A stretch of DNA of 55,287 nucleotides from Psammoneis japonica (Eukaryota), in NCBI GenBank assembly GCA_008632985.1, contig QPGO01000323.1:1-55287 (forward strand), given 5' to 3'. Both the position numbers and the translations under genes were made by a program. This document shows positions 11,693 through 25,815 of this stretch, in pieces. The notes below the pieces were generated by a model, which did no database searches, was not told the origin of the DNA, and was given only the letters and a program-made list of their open reading frames with translations. The first letter of the stretch is position 1; each line of letters begins with the position of its first letter.

Positions 11693-14600
11693 ATGATTCC
11701 CTCGCCATCTTCCATTTGTTCCACTGCACTGCCAAGTGTTCTCCTGCAGCGCAGCATCACCCGACAGTCAGAGCTCCAAGCCCCAGTCTTCTCCTTGGAG
11801 GAGCGTGGCCCCAACATGAGCAGTGACTCCATTGGTGCATCCTGCATTGACAAATGGCAATCACTCCTGAGTGGCACCAGCAACAGCGCATCAAGCACTT
11901 GAAGCAGTGATTTTTCTTGGCTGACATCCAATGATCCTGTTGGTGATGACCTTCGTCTGAAGCTGCCTCATCACACTCGACTGCATGCATTCAACGCCAA
12001 TGGTTGTAAATTGGACAAAAGAGGTGGCGACGTTCGTGAATGTTGTCAAATGGCAAACGAGATCCAAGCAGATGTCATGGGCATTTTGGAAGTCTGTCTG
12101 GACACTGCACAGTGTGAAATTTTGTCAGTGTGTCGATCTGCTGCACACAGTGCAATTTCCAACAGATGCAGCACCTTCTCATGCAGCTCTGCCCCCTTTG
12201 CCACTCAGCACAAACCTGGTGGTGCGGCCCTTTTGTCGGGGAACTCCATCTCAGCATGATGCCAAAGCCAAGAATCAGATCCACTGGGCCGTTGGTCTGC
12301 TCAGATCTTCGACGGGCGCAATGGCAAGCAAGTCATGTTCCTTTCGTGCTGCAGAGTTTGTGCAAAAAATCAAAGGACCCCTGGAAAGACTGCAGCATGT
12401 GCACAACAAGCAGCCCTTTTACGACAAAACGGTGGACAGTCCATTGACCCCAGGAAGGAATTTTGCACGGATTTATCTTGTTGCCTGCAAGAGTTCTTGG
12501 TCAACTCAAATCGTGAAGTCATCATTTGCGGAGATTTCATCACTGATTTTTTGATTGACGCGGACACTCTCGCCTCCCTTGCACAGCGTTTTACCCTTTT
12601 GGATGTGTCACATGATTTGATGGGCAGCACTGAATTTTCCACATGCACGCCAGGACGGAAATGCCTGGACTTTGTGCTTGCTGCCCCCGGTGCCTTGTCT
12701 GCTTCCAGGTTCAGCAGATGTGAAGCATTCGGTTGTCGCATCACTTCAGACCACCACGCTTGCTTCGTGGACTTTGACACGATGGCCTTGTCTGGGAACC
12801 CCACAGTTGACTTGCCTGAGGCCAGCTGCAGGGACATCCAGTGTTCTTCACAACCCCAAATTGCAACCTGCTCAGATGCCATTGGACAGATGTTGGCCAG
12901 CAGACAAATCTTGGCTTGCTCACAGGCACTGCTTGATCAAGACGCCCCTGATCACAAACCAGCAGAAAGGTCAGATTGAGGCATGTTGCAGCTCTCCTTG
13001 GCTGCTGCTGAGAAGTGTCGGGTCCACCAAGAACCAGAGTGGTCGGTTGAACTGTCACAACTGTGGCACCGAGTTCATGTCCTTGGCCATGTGGTCTCAA
13101 TGATGCACACCCGCCTGGATCAAGTCAGCCATGTCCACACTGTCTGAGACAAGCTGCAAGGTTCTTTTGCCTTCCCAGGCTGAATGTGGACAAGTTGCTG
13201 CTGAGAGCGTTGCACACTGCAAAAATGAAATGGCCAAGAAGATTGCCTCACTAGAAGTGGAAGGCACAAAGGAGTCAAAACAGAAACAAAGATCACACAA
13301 AATGTCCACAAGGCCAAAGAAACCAAGAAACTTTTCTGCAAGATTGAATGCTGCAAACTTGACAGTGACAATGGCATCAACAGCGTGCAGGTGCCCCGGA
13401 ACCCCATGGTGAATCCCAAAGAGTGTGAGGACTGGGTTGCCATGGACGCCCCAGATGATGTGGCTTCCGCCATCTGCCACCGCAGCCAGCATCATTTCGG
13501 TCAAGGAGCGTGGCCCCAACATGAGCAGTGACTCCATTGGTGCATCCTGCATTGACAAATGGCAATCACTCCTGAGCGGCACCAGCAACAACGCATCAAG
13601 CACTCGAAGCAGTGATTTTTCTTGGCTGACATCCAATGATCCTGTTGGTGATGACCTTCGTCCGAAGCTGCCTCATCACACTCGACTGCACGCATTCAAT
13701 GCCAATGGTTGTAAATTGGACAAAAGAGGTGGTGACATTCGTGAATGTTGTCAAATGGCAAACGAGATCCAAGCAGACGTCATGGGCATTTTGGAAGTCT
13801 GTCTGGACACTGCACAGTGTGAAATTTTGTCAGTGTGTCGATCTGCTGCACACAGTGCAATTTCCAACAGACGCAGCACCTTCTCATGCAGCTCTGCCCC
13901 CTTTGCCACTCAGCACAAACCTGGTGGTGCGGCCCTTTTGTCGGGGAACTCCATCTCAGCATGATGCCGAAGCCAAGAATCAGATCCACTGGGCCGTTGG
14001 TCTGATCAGATCTTTGACGGGTGCAATGGCAAGCAAGTCACGCTCCTTTTGTGCTGCAGAGTTTGTGCGAAAAATCAAAGGACCCATGGAAAGACTGCAG
14101 CATGTGCACAACAAGCAGCCCTTTTACGACAAAACGGTGGACAGTCCATTGACCCCAGGAAGGAATTTTGCACGGATTTGTCTTGTTGCCTGCAAGAGTT
14201 CTTGGTCAACTCAAATCGTGAAGTCATCATTTGCGGAGATTTCATCACTGACTTTTTGATTGACGCGGACACTCTCGCCTCCCTTGCACAGCGTTTTACC
14301 CTTTTGGATGTGTCACATGATTTGATGGGCAGCACTGAATTTTCCACATGCACGCCAGGACGGAAATGCCTGGACTTTGTGCTTGCTGCCCCCAGTGCCT
14401 TGTCTGCTTCCAGGTTCGGTGGATGTGAAGCATTTGGTTGTCGCATCGCTTCAGACCACCGCGCTTGCTTCGTGGACTTTGACACGATGGCCTTGTCTGG
14501 AAACCCCACAGTTGACTTGCCCAAGGCCAGCTGCAGGGACATCCAGTCTTCTTCACAACCCCAAATTGCAACCTGCTTAGATGCCACAGGACAGATGTCA

Positions 14601-15537
14601 GCCAGCAGACAAATCTTGGCTTGCTCACAGGCACTGCTCGATCAAGACGCCCCTGATCACAAACCAGCAGAAAGGTCAGATTGAGGCATGTTGCAGTTCT
14701 CCTTGGCTGCTGCTGAGAAGTGTCGGTTCCACCAAGAACCAGAGTGGTCGGTTGAACTGTCACAACTGTGGCGCCGAGTTCATGTCCTTGGCCATGTGGT
14801 CTCAATGATGCACACCCGCCTGGATCAAGTCAGCCATGTCCACACTGTCTGAGACAAGCTGCAAGGTTCTTTTGCCTTCCCAGGCTGAATGTGGACAAGT
14901 TGCTGCTGAGAGCATTGCACACTGCAAAAATGAAATGGCCAAGAAGATTGCCTCACTAGAAGTGGAAGGCACAAAGGAGTCAAAACAGAAAGCAAAGATC
15001 ACACAAAATGTCCACAAGGCCAAAGAAACCAAGAAACTTTTCTGCAAGATTGAATGCTGCAAACTTGACAGCAACAATGGCATCAACAGCGTGCAGGTGC
15101 CCCGGAACCCCGTGGTGAATCCCAAAGAGTGTGAGGACTGGGTTGCCATGGACGCCCCAGATGATGTGGCTTCCGCCATCTGCCACCGCAACCAGCATCA
15201 TTTCGGTCAAGCACACGGAGCTCCTCCTGCTGTTCCTCCATTGTCCGTCAACCTCGGCTGTGAGGCATGCACGATTTTCACCGATCTAATCTCAGACGGT
15301 GAGCGCAACACCGCCCAACTCAATGAGGCCATGTCTTGCTTTGTTCAGCACCTCAAGCATCATTCCCCTGTTGCTGTCTCCTCTTGCCTCACTGCCAATG
15401 ATTTAGAGGGCAAGTTGAAGTCGTGGAAGGAAACTGCCTCTGTGCCCATGAAGCCAGGATTGCCCCTTGGTCATTGGAAGGCCGTGCATGCTTCCCACTC
15501 TCATTCTTGTGCCAAGACAAAGGACGGAGATCTGACA
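11693..15537 (+). pseudogene. LINE ORF2 N-terminal part (AP endonuclease, present twice)
   Basis: APE motifs in ORFs at 12011/12335 and 13425/14049; ORF 14836-15540 continues up to the copia B insertion. Confidence 0.8.
11799..15211 (+). repeat. Tandem duplication of about 1705 bp (11799-13503 and 13504-15211)
   Basis: aggagcgtggccccaac occurs at 11799 and 13504; both copies end in catcatttcggtcaag. The junction has AG microhomology. Confidence 0.92.
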
Positions 15538-15714
15538 TGAAGAATTTGCCATGTGGTTTTGTCGGAAACAGTGTTTGGAACTGTGCATTTGGCGATTCGG
15601 AATGGGAAGACTCCATCTAGGGATCTACTCACAATCTCAGAAACAGTGGCACGATGTTGCAACGATTTTCTGTGACTTTGTTTTCTGGCAAGCGACTGCG
15701 GGGTAATTTGTTCA
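15538..15714 (+). repeat. 5' LTR of copia B
   Basis: tgaagaatttgcc...ggtaatttgttca; direct repeat of 22291-22466. Confidence 0.93.
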
Positions 15715-16401
15715 CTTTGTCAGAGCCATCGCCGCATGTGACGACAGCGGCAATGATTGCTGCACTTGCGAACGATTTGCAATGCGACCATTCGTTCCAA
15801 CTTGTCAGAGATGACATGAAAACATCAACGAACGTGAGAAGACGTTCGTGCTTGACGAGCATGTAACTCCCAGGGCTAGTTCGGCCGCAATGCTTGTGGA
15901 CAACAAAAGCATCGACTGTCCTGATGTGTTTTGTGAGCGTAAATGCGCGGACACAGAGCACAAAATTGGATCTGGGACGCCATTTCCACACCGAAGTTGT
16001 CTCGGAGGCAACTGTGTGGCGATTTGAAATCGCCGAGTGAGCATGTGAACACATCCAAGTTGAACATGCAGACGCGATGTGATTGACAAATTGTGCACAT
16101 TTGACCTCACCATTGGTCAATGCAGACCAGGGAACGAGCATGTTGCCGATGATCGGCACATGCATCATTTGATCATGCAGATTGCAACAGTGGCCGTTGC
16201 ATCTGAATTCCCATGCAGACATTGATCCACGTGGATTAAACACAAACAGCCATCTGTGGACACGTTGATCGCAGTTGTGACGATTGCTTTCATCCAACGG
16301 TGGAAAAGCGATACGAAGTTCACGCACCTCACTCACTTTCCGCACACAACCACACAAAAGTTTGCGAGAACATCAAATTGCGCCGTTCGTAACCATCAAC
16401 C

Positions 16402-17892
16402 ATGGCGGCAGTCGCTGCAGCGATGCGTGCTGCCCACACCCGACTGGGGTTTGCCGCGCAAGCAGCCGCGGCTTCAACCGATGAGCAGGGAATCGACTCA
16501 GTCGATGAACTGCGTCATCTCGACGACCACGAGGTCGAGACCTCATGCAAGGTCATTCGTCGCCCAGGAGGGGCTGTGGCAGGGAATCCGCCGGCAGGAG
16601 GGAATGCCCAACCCAACCCAGGGACGTCAGTCCCGTCACGAGCCGAGACGAATCTCAAGCTCGCCGCGCACATGGCTCGTCACTACGAGCGTGTGTCCCG
16701 GACGTTGCGAGCTGTCGACATCAACCTTGCACGAGTGCGAGGCCACCGACACTTCCGCACCACAGAGGAGACCTGCGCACCGCCCGAAACGCTGCCAACG
16801 ATCATCAAGAAGGACTGGCCGAAGACGATCGAGTCGATTCAGGAGCATCTGCGGGCATGCCAAGGCGAGACGAAAATGCCGCTAGCGTGCGTCATCCGCG
16901 ACAACCAGGAAGTGACTCCCGAGGCCGATGATCCGGCCACCAACTGCGACAATCCCATCGAGGAGATGATCGCAAGGGCCCCGCATTCACCACTGGGAAC
17001 GACCCTCAACCTGCCGAAACGTTCGCGGCCGACAACATCAAAGTGTGGGAAATCATTGCAGGCATCACACGAGAACACACGAGTTGGGCCCCATGTCAAG
17101 TCGGCCCAGAGGAGTCAGGATGGCAGGACGGCCCACCTGAACCCATGCAACCATTTCTTGGGCCCCAATGATGTGGACAACATGGCGAATGCCACTGAAA
17201 AGCGCCTTGCCAGTTTGTCCTGCCACGGGGAAAAGCGCAATTGGAACTTTGAGTGCTGCGTGCGAGTTCATGTCGAACAACACGCGATTCTGGATGGCTC
17301 AACCCAGCATGGTTGTGCCGGGATCGACGCACGATCCAAGGTCCGCCATCTCCTTGCAAGTGTCAAGGACTCGTCGCTCAACTCAGTCAAGGTGCAGATT
17401 GTGTCTAGCGCAACGTTGCGCAACGACTTTGATGCTTGCGTCATTCTGTTCAAGGACTTCATCAAGCAGTCCAAGCCGGACAATGGCGCGAAACGTCTTC
17501 ATGTTGCGGCTCTCAAGGCCGGGAAGCATGGACAAGAGGCTGTCATTCATGCCGATGACGTGGAGGACAAGCACTGCCCTCCCAAAGAGTGCAGTGAGCC
17601 ATCTCCCCAGGCTGGGAAGAAGCTCAAGTCGCCACGCGACACACGTGGTGACACGAAAACCGGCAAGGCCACGGCGGCCGGTGACGCCAAACAGATCAAG
17701 GCTCTGACCAAGACGGTCGCTGCTGTTTCAGCTCAGACAGACGATTCATCCGATGAAGGCAGCAGTGAATCTGAAACTGAAGAGCCAATGAAGCCTCCGG
17801 CTGCCAAGCAGGATCAAAACCGCGACAACAAGGCGTTGATTCGCAAGGCTGCTCGCAAGCATGTCCCCAAGGCTGGGCATCGCAAGGAGTGA
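16402..17892 (+). pseudogene. gag: copia B gag
   Basis: 496-aa ORF with copia gag motifs (PLACVIRD, DGRTA, GEKRNWNFE, SKVRHLL). Confidence 0.85.
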
Positions 17893-20800
17893 CCACCAAT
17901 GGTGGCTGTCATGCGGCTCAGTCCATGCAGACTTTGCGCTTGACCCAGACAAAGGTCAAGGGACCATCAAACGAAGAGTCTTGCACGGACATCGACAGTC
18001 ATGCAGACACAAGCGCACTGGGCAAGCACGCTTTAATTTTGCTTGACCATGACAGGCCAGCAGACACAGAAGGGTGCGACCCGACATTGGGTGCCAGCAA
18101 GCGTCTGCGCACCGTCAGCGGAGCTGTTGCTTGCACCGATCCTCAGACGGGCCACCCACACGTCTTGGTTGTCCACCAAGCAGTCCACACACACCACACC
18201 TTGAGCACAACTTGCTGTGTCCAATGCAGTTGTGGCTGAATGACATGGAACTTTCATTAAAACCGAAGTTTCCACTGACAAAGCCCAACAACAAGGAACA
18301 TGCGATTGTCGCCAAGGACGCAAATGGCACTTCATTGGCTGTGCCTTTGGACCTGGAGGGAGTCTCGAGCCACTTCCCCTCCAGTGTCCCGACTTTGTCT
18401 CAATGCGAGGATGCGGCCCAAGATGGGAGCGTGTGCGAACTCATGCATGAGTCCCCGGAATGGGACCCCGCCTCCTCTGATTTCCACGCTGGGGAAGATG
18501 CCATGACCGATGCTCTTGGCAGAGTGCATGAGACCAGGGATGACACGCGTCCTCATGTGCACATTGTGAGCACAAAGCTCTCACGCACTGCAGCTCAAGA
18601 GACCTCAGACTCTCTGGGGAATCAGCCGTTGCGTGACATTTCCAATGCATGCAATGACCGTTTGCTGCTGGCATCCATGAATCTGTCTTCGCTCAAGACA
18701 ACGAAGCGCGGCTTCAAGGTTGACACTGAACGTTTGGCCGAGAATTGGTCCATCAGCCTCAAGGATGCTCAGAACACTCTCAAGGTTACGACACAGCGTG
18801 GAGCTGGGACGGTTCTACATCCTGCGCTGTCGCGACGTTTCCGTGCCAATGATCGACAACTGCGATGCAGGCACGTCTCAAAGGAGATGTGCTCCGACAC
18901 CATGTTCTCCTCTGTCAAGTCCAGGCGAGGGAATGTGTGCGTGCAAGTGTTCGCAATGTCCAGTGGATGGGCATGCGCTTGTCCATTGAAGTCAAAACAT
19001 CTGGCGCACGAGGCGTTGTCGTTGCTCTTCGCGCAAGAAGGCGTGCCCCATGCTGTGCCAGTGGACAGGGCGAGAGAAGAGACAATGGGGCAGTTTAGCA
19101 AGAAAGCCAGGGAGGCTGATTGCAACACAAGACAAACTGAACCACATGCCCCTTGGTCTGACACCGCAGAGGGCGCAATTCGTGAACTCAAGCGAGGTGT
19201 TGGGTGCAAGATGGTCAAGTCACAGGCCCCAAAATGCCTGTGGGATGATTGCCTGGAACTGGAAGGCCTCACCAGGTCTGACACCGCTCGAAGCATCTGT
19301 GAGCTTGACGGTGAAGTCCCGGAAACTGTTGTGTCCGGTCAGACGGCTGACATCTCGCACACATGCGAACCAGGCTGGTGCGACTGGGTCATGTTTCGAG
19401 ACACGGCAGTCTCATTTCCCGAGGACAAGGAAGTCCTGGGGCGATGTCTGGGTCTGAGCAGGGATGTGGGCCCAGCCATGACGGCCAAGATGCTCAAGGA
19501 GAACGGACAGGCAGTCCATCGCTCATCTTGCAGGGCACTGACTCCCGAGGAGCAGGGGCACAAGACGCACATGGCGTTGCATGAAAAGTTTGACAGGTTG
19601 ACAGAGGTCAAGCTGGGCCCTGGCATGACCGTCGGGGACTTTGACGACCCTGACGCAATTGCTCCCACCTTCGAACCGTGCGAGGATGACGAGGAACAGG
19701 ATGTTCCGTCCAGTGCCTCCGATGAGGATGACATGCCAGACGAAGCCTGCGATCAACATGTCAACGCAGAAGCACTGCTGCCTCACGGGGACATGGAACA
19801 GACTGGGACAGTGAAGCGACGCAAGCTCAATCCGGACGGCACACCTGCCGGACGGTCTGGCCCAAACCCAACACTTGACACTCGTGTGCACAAGGTCGAG
19901 TTTCCTGATGGACAGGAAGCGGAATTCGCGGCGAATGTCATCGCTGAGAACATGTTCGCACAGTGTGACAATGAAGGCAACCAGCACTTGTTGCCAGATG
20001 CAATTGTTGATCACAAGACTGACGGGCATGCTGTCAAGAAGGAGGACGCCTTCATCCAAGACAGTCAAGGACGTCGATCCATGCAAGACCACCAAAGGCT
20101 GGCATCTTTGCATGCAATGGAAAGACGGATCCACATCTTGGGAAATGCCATCTGACTTGAAGGAATCTAACCCAGTGGAAATGGCAGAGCATGCCAGGGC
20201 TAGATCTGCAGTGGATGAACCCGCATTCGCATGGTGGGTTCCCTTTGCCTTCAAGAAACGTCAGCAAATCACAGCCACTGTGAACGACATCACAAGTGCA
20301 CTCACAAGCACGGGATGCGCATTCCCAAGACCTGTGAAGAGGCAGTCGAGATCGATGAGGCTGACGGCGACCGCTTGTGGCAGGACGCCGTAGATGAGGA
20401 GATCGAAGTCGTTGCGAAAGCCTTTGAGATTGTTGACGATGACGAGGAGCTTGTGGGTTGCCAGCGTGTCTGCTGCCACTTGGTCTTTGATGTCAAACTG
20501 CAAGACTTCAAGCGGAAGGCTCGTTGTGTGCAGGGGGACACACCACTGAACCTCCAGCGACCCTGACGCATGCAAGCGTCGTCTCCCGTGAAAGTGTGAG
20601 GATTGCCTTCGCTCTGGCGGCTCTAAATGACTCAGAGGTTAAGGCTGCGGACATTGAGAATGCCTGTGTCACCGCACCCAACAGCAAGAAGATCACTGCA
20701 ACTCCAGGACCTGAGTTTGGACCCAATGCTGGGAAGCGCGCCACAGTTGAGCGCGCATTGTACGGATTGAAGAGTGCAGGTGCATCCTTCGGGAACCACT

Positions 20801-22020
20801 TGGCATCGTGCATGCGTCATCTTGGTTGGGAACCATGTCTGGCTGATCCCGATGTGTGGATGAAGGCACAAGTTTGACCAGATGATGGGTTCCGTTGCTG
20901 TGCCCGTGCACTGTTGCATGTCAACGACATGCTTGTGGTGCACCACGACGCTACGTTGGCGCTCAAGGAATTGGACCAACACTTCAAGATGAAACCCGGA
21001 TCCATCGGTGACCCTGAGATGCACCTTGGGGCGAAGATCCGTGAAGTGCAAATGCCGAACGGTGTCTGCGCGTGGAGCATGAGCTCTGGCAAGTGCATCC
21101 AACAGGCTGTTGGAAATGTTGAGGGGTGTCTAGATGAGTCTGCTCCCAGATGGACGTTGCCACGCAAGGCAACGGCTCCGTTTCCGCACTGCCATTGACC
21201 GGAGCTCAACATTGCGCCAAAGCTCGATGCACCGCTCGATTTCGCCAGTCGCAGGTGGGAGTCCTGCGCTGGACAGTGGAACTCGGACGAGTCGACCTCA
21301 TGGCAGAGGTGTCCGAGCTTGCCTCATTCCTTGCCATGCCCAGAGAAGGTCATCTCGGCGCAGTCCTGCATGTGCATGGACACCTTGAGAACAGACGTGA
21401 CGCCACGTCAGCGTTCGATCCGACGCACCCGGATGTCGACATGTCTGACTTTAAGGAATGTGATTGGCAGGCGTTCCACGGGGACGTAAGGAGGCAATTC
21501 CGCCGAATGCACCAGAAGCTCTGGGCAAGGACATTGATCTACGTCCATTTGTAGATTCAGATCATGCGAATGACAAAGTGACGAGACGCTCTCGCACTGG
21601 TTGTTTTGTCCATTTGAACATGGCATTAATTGCCTGGTTCTCCAAGCGCCAGAGTGCCATCAAGACTTCAGTCTTTGGTGCTGAGTTTGTGGCTGTGAAG
21701 CAGGGCATGGAAGCTTTGCGAGGCCCAAGGCACAAACTCAGGATGATGGGAGTCCCGCTCAGCGGACCATCGTGCATTTGTGGGGACAACATGTCAGTCA
21801 TCCACAACACCCAAAGCCCAGAGTCGACTTTGAAGAAGAAGTCTAACTCCGTGTGCTGCCATGCCGTCAGGGAGTTTGGCAGCTGTGGGTGAGTCCCTTG
21901 CAGGACACATTGGATTGGAATGCAATCCGGCTGATCTTGCGACTGGGGTCATGTGCGGTGGCATCAAGCAAGATGGCCTCGTTGGTGTGATGCTGCACAA
22001 CACATGTGATGATCAAGGAT
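17889..22020 (+). pseudogene. pol: copia B pol (protease, integrase, RT, RNase H), frameshifted
   Basis: Motifs DIDSHADT; SDTMFS..VDRAREE..AEGAIRELKR; KRKARCV; ALYGLKSAG; HVND (from YVDD); VDSDHA..RRSRTG..WFSKRQ. Confidence 0.9.
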
Positions 22021-22290
22021 GAATGAAGAATGAACAGTTGCTTCCTTGGCTGATTCTTTTTCTGTTTCTCCTCACATCTGGCAAGCATGTTAGCTTGCAC
22101 TGGCGGGCATGTTGGCTTGCATTCCTTCCATGCGCTTCTTGGAAGGGCACAGTTTTAGACCGGCACCCTTTCCCAATTTGGGTTTCAGCAGGTTGTTGGG
22201 GTTTCCTTGTCACTTGGTTGTGGCTGAACACTGTCGGAGTGCAAATTGGATCAAGCCGATTGAGTGTCCACTTCAACGACTTGAGGGGAC

Positions 22291-22466
22291 TGAAGAATTT
22301 GCCATGTGGTTTTATCGGAAATGGTGCTCAGAACTGTGCATTTGGCGATTCGGAACGGGAAGACTCCATCCGAGATCTGCTCACAATCTTAGAAACAGCA
22401 GCACGATGTTGCAACGATTTTCTATGACTTTGCTCTCTGGCAAGCGACTGCGGGGTAATTTGTTCA
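22291..22466 (+). repeat. 3' LTR of copia B
   Basis: Follows the PPT; direct repeat of the 5' LTR. Confidence 0.93.
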
Positions 22467-22470
22467 GACA

Positions 22471-25204
22471 GAGGCCTGCATCCACCTGGACAATGTGCAG
22501 CAGACCTTGACACAAATCTGGCTCAATCTGCTCAATTGCGCCTTGTGCTGGGGATGCTCCTGCGACCGATGGAGAGACACCTGTAAATGTGATGACATTC
22601 AAGGAAGCTGGCAACAACAAGATCCATCGTTTGCACGTTGTTCATGTCTGCAAGGCAGATTTCCAACTCATCTCAAGTGTCCTGTGGCATTTGTTGGCTC
22701 AGAATGTGAAGCACCGCAAATTGTGCAACCCAGGCATTTGTGGTGTGCGTCCTTTCCTGCATGCCAACGTCCCATTGTGTTTGGAAGAATTGATGTTGGA
22801 AATCAACAGGGTGTCTCGGAAAACAGCCATCCATGGCAACGGCAACTGTGCCTCCTGTTGCGATGGGAACATTCCCACTCTGGCAGCTCTTGAAAGTCGC
22901 AGCAATGGCGTGCCTGAGACCGTGACAAAGTCAGCAACATCTGCCCTCCTGCAAGCTCGTCACTGGCTAAAAACAGCCATCGGATTGTCTCCCACCTCAT
23001 GTTCCCACTCATTGGACATTCCCATCTGCGGCACAGGACAAGGCAGTGAAAACTCTCCACTGTGCTGGAACCAGGTGTGCAACAGTTTGTTTGATCTCTT
23101 CAACCAAAAAGCTCACGGAGCCTTCTTTGAGTCTCTTGGTCATTCTGTGTCACTCAAGATCTGTGACCGAGGCTGCACAGACAACACATCCAAGCAGGTG
23201 AACGACTTCACTGCATCCCCCCAGCCTGATGGTTTGGAGTTGGCACTCAAAACGCAGCAAGATGATCAACTTTGGCGCGACCCGCTGAACGCAGCAGGAC
23301 ACAAGCTGGAACTTCCGAAGTGCTCCTTTCATGTCATTGAATGGAACTTTGTGGAGGATGGCGAACCTCACCTCCGCGCATGCAATGACGACATCGTCAT
23401 TGACATTTCCTCCACAGACAGGTCCAACAGCAGGCCCAGCACTCAACTGTCGCCTTGCACCTCCCACAAGACTTTGGGCCACCACAAAGCTCCGGCTGGA
23501 ATGCAAAAGATGCACTGCAAGGCCTTGAAGAAGAAGAGCTGTGATGTGGCCTTGTTTCTTTGCTCATGCCCGTTAGATTGTCACAAAGCATGAACCCATT
23601 GCTTTGCATGCTGCTTGGCAGCGATCCAGAGGAAGGCCATGCGCACGATCTTTGCAAAATGTGGGTGTGATTGCAACATGAAACGAAATGCCTCATTTGG
23701 CCCACATTCCCTTGGAGGCGGCGGTTTCCGGTCCTTGGATGTCAAACAAGGAGTCAGCCAAGTCACGCAGTTCATGTCTCACTGGAGAGGTGTCGGCCAA
23801 CCACGTGCCCTTTCACGGACCACAGCATCTTGGGTTCAGTTCCATCTGGGCACCGGTGTCAGCTTTTTGAAGGATGTGCACTCCCGCCCACCACATTCTG
23901 AGTCAAAATGGCTCAGCTCACTTGGATCCTTTCTCTCCCGCATCAACACTTCCTTTGACCTGGACGAACCTGGAGTCCTTCCACTTCAACGAGACAATGA
24001 CCAATGTCTCATGGACACAGCACTTGACTCGGGACTTTTCTCTGACAAAGAGGTCAGGTGGGTCAACTGCTGTTGCCTGTTTCTCAACGTCCTCACAGTT
24101 TCGGGTGTCACCTTGCCCGATGGCAGAGCACTTGACAAGCACAAGTTCCGCTGACACACCTCAGTTCTCAGTGGCATTTTGACATTGAACCAAGTTGAAC
24201 AGGCAGCCCCATCTGCCAGAGCATGGAAACAATGGCAACGTGCCTGCAGGTTGTTTTGCAAGAATGTTGATTTAGAGCTTCAAGGCCCCCTTGGCTCTTG
24301 GGCAATTCCAGCGACAGAGATGCTTGCGACCTTTCCAGCGCACTGTGAACCTGACGAAGATCATTTGCGTGTAAAGTCGGACACGGGATTTCAGGTTTTC
24401 CCCATGTCTCATGGCTCCACCCAATCTGTTGATCCTCTCAAGGTTGCACCTGATCTGTCTCTGAGGGCTTCTCCAGTGATGGCAGGTGCCAATCGAGATG
24501 GCTGGTGGTGCACTGGACACACTGGTTCTTCATTCGACCCACCTCCCGCCACACCGGTTCCTTCAGACTTTTAAGCTTGGTTGTCATCATTGCAGCAATG
24601 GGAGTCATTCCTCTTTGCCGACGCGCACTTGCATGCACCCGTCTTTGAGATTGCACGCTGCTTGCAGACACACCGGTCAACAGCTGGCAGCGATGGCTCC
24701 ATCATCAGAAATGCAGGAACTTTCAGCTGGACTCTCGCCGTCAATGGTGCCGTCCAATGGAGCGCAGCTCACACTTTGCACCTCAGGGGCACGGAATTTC
24801 CTTCTGATGTGGAGGAGAGCATCTGGAGATTGGGTCAGTCAGCTGCCATGGGAAGCTTCATTTGGCCTCAATGGCGGGAGCTGTGGGATCAACATGATGA
24901 CGAAGTGCATGGCCACGATGCGGAGACGAGGAAATCAGCCCAACGGAGAGGCGCAGAGGCAGAAGTCAAGGTCATTTGCCCCAGATCAAGCAAATGTCTT
25001 GCAAAGGATGGGCCCACCTTGCTCAACTTGGTGGAAGAACACTCAGCTCATTCTGCTTGCAGGTTGTGAAATTGGCTGGAAATGGTGACACCCATGTTTG
25101 AGTCCAGCATCAAGGAGGTGAAACGGCTTGCAGCAAGGGGCACTCGTGCTGTTGCCAGTTGCTTTGGCGTGGCATCACCTGAGGGCGATGCCGGCACAGG
25201 CTGA
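22471..25204 (+). pseudogene. LINE ORF2 RT / RNase H / C-terminal part, internally deleted
   Basis: Resumes in frame with the codons before 15538 once copia B and one GACA are removed (GAT CTG ACA GAG GCC ... GTG CAG CAG). Confidence 0.82.
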
Positions 25205-25495
25205 TTGCTGCATGCCCCTGCCACAGACATGTGCGCTGGGGGTGTGGGCCAGCTTGTTGCCAGAGTTGCTGGGCGGAAGCGCAGTGGCACCTTAAAAATG
25301 GACACCAGGTTTTTGTTTTTGGGGCTGTGCTGCATGCAGCCCAGAATGTGCGGATGGCTGGCGCATCTGGACGATGTGCTCCAGCCTTTGGCTGGACTCT
25401 GTGCAACATTGGCGCAGCAGAGCTCTGTGCGAGAGATCCACAACACAAGAAACTGCCACGCTGTCAGCCACTTGTTTTCCAGGTCATTTTGCTGC

Positions 25496-25815
25496 CTGCA
25501 AACACGGGCATTTTTTCTGCAAACACGGGCGCTTTTCCTGCAAACACCAGCACTTTTTCTGCAAACATGAGCGCTGCTCCTGCACATCTGGTTGCACACA
25601 AATCCAAGATGAGCACCAGCATGACAAAATTTCCACTGCTGTCAAAAGTTGGGCTTGTCTTGTGTTCTCAAGACATGCTCAAGATCTGGGTGGGACCTTG
25701 CGCTGCTGAGTTGCGGCATCATTGACGCGAAGCCATTTGGGTTTCCAGGTCACTTTGCAGCCTGCAAACACGGGCATTTTTCCTGCAAACATGGGCATTT
25801 TTCCTGCAAACATGA
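25496..25815. repeat. Two short arrays of a 20-22 bp minisatellite (ctgcaaacacgggcatttttt)
   Basis: Four units at about 25496-25572 and three units at about 25762-25818. Confidence 0.8.

Larger units (their letters stand above)
15538..22466 (+). mobile_element. Full-length Ty1/copia (CoDi-like) family B
   Basis: TG..CA LTRs at 15538-15714 and 22291-22466, PBS-like site 15715-15727, PPT ttgaggggac 22281-22290, and a GACA duplication on both sides (15534-15537, 22467-22470). Confidence 0.95.
9854..25204 (+). mobile_element. Diatom-type non-LTR retrotransposon (LINE; APE, RT and RNase H), decayed and interrupted by copia B
   Basis: ORF1 at 9854-11620. APE motifs (HAFNANG, GILEV, IICGDF, CLDFVL, SDH), RT motifs (KIHRLHVVHVCKADF, GTGQGS, LELPKC), RNase H start (GSDGS) and a C-terminal W..W..HG motif. 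Confidence 0.85.
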
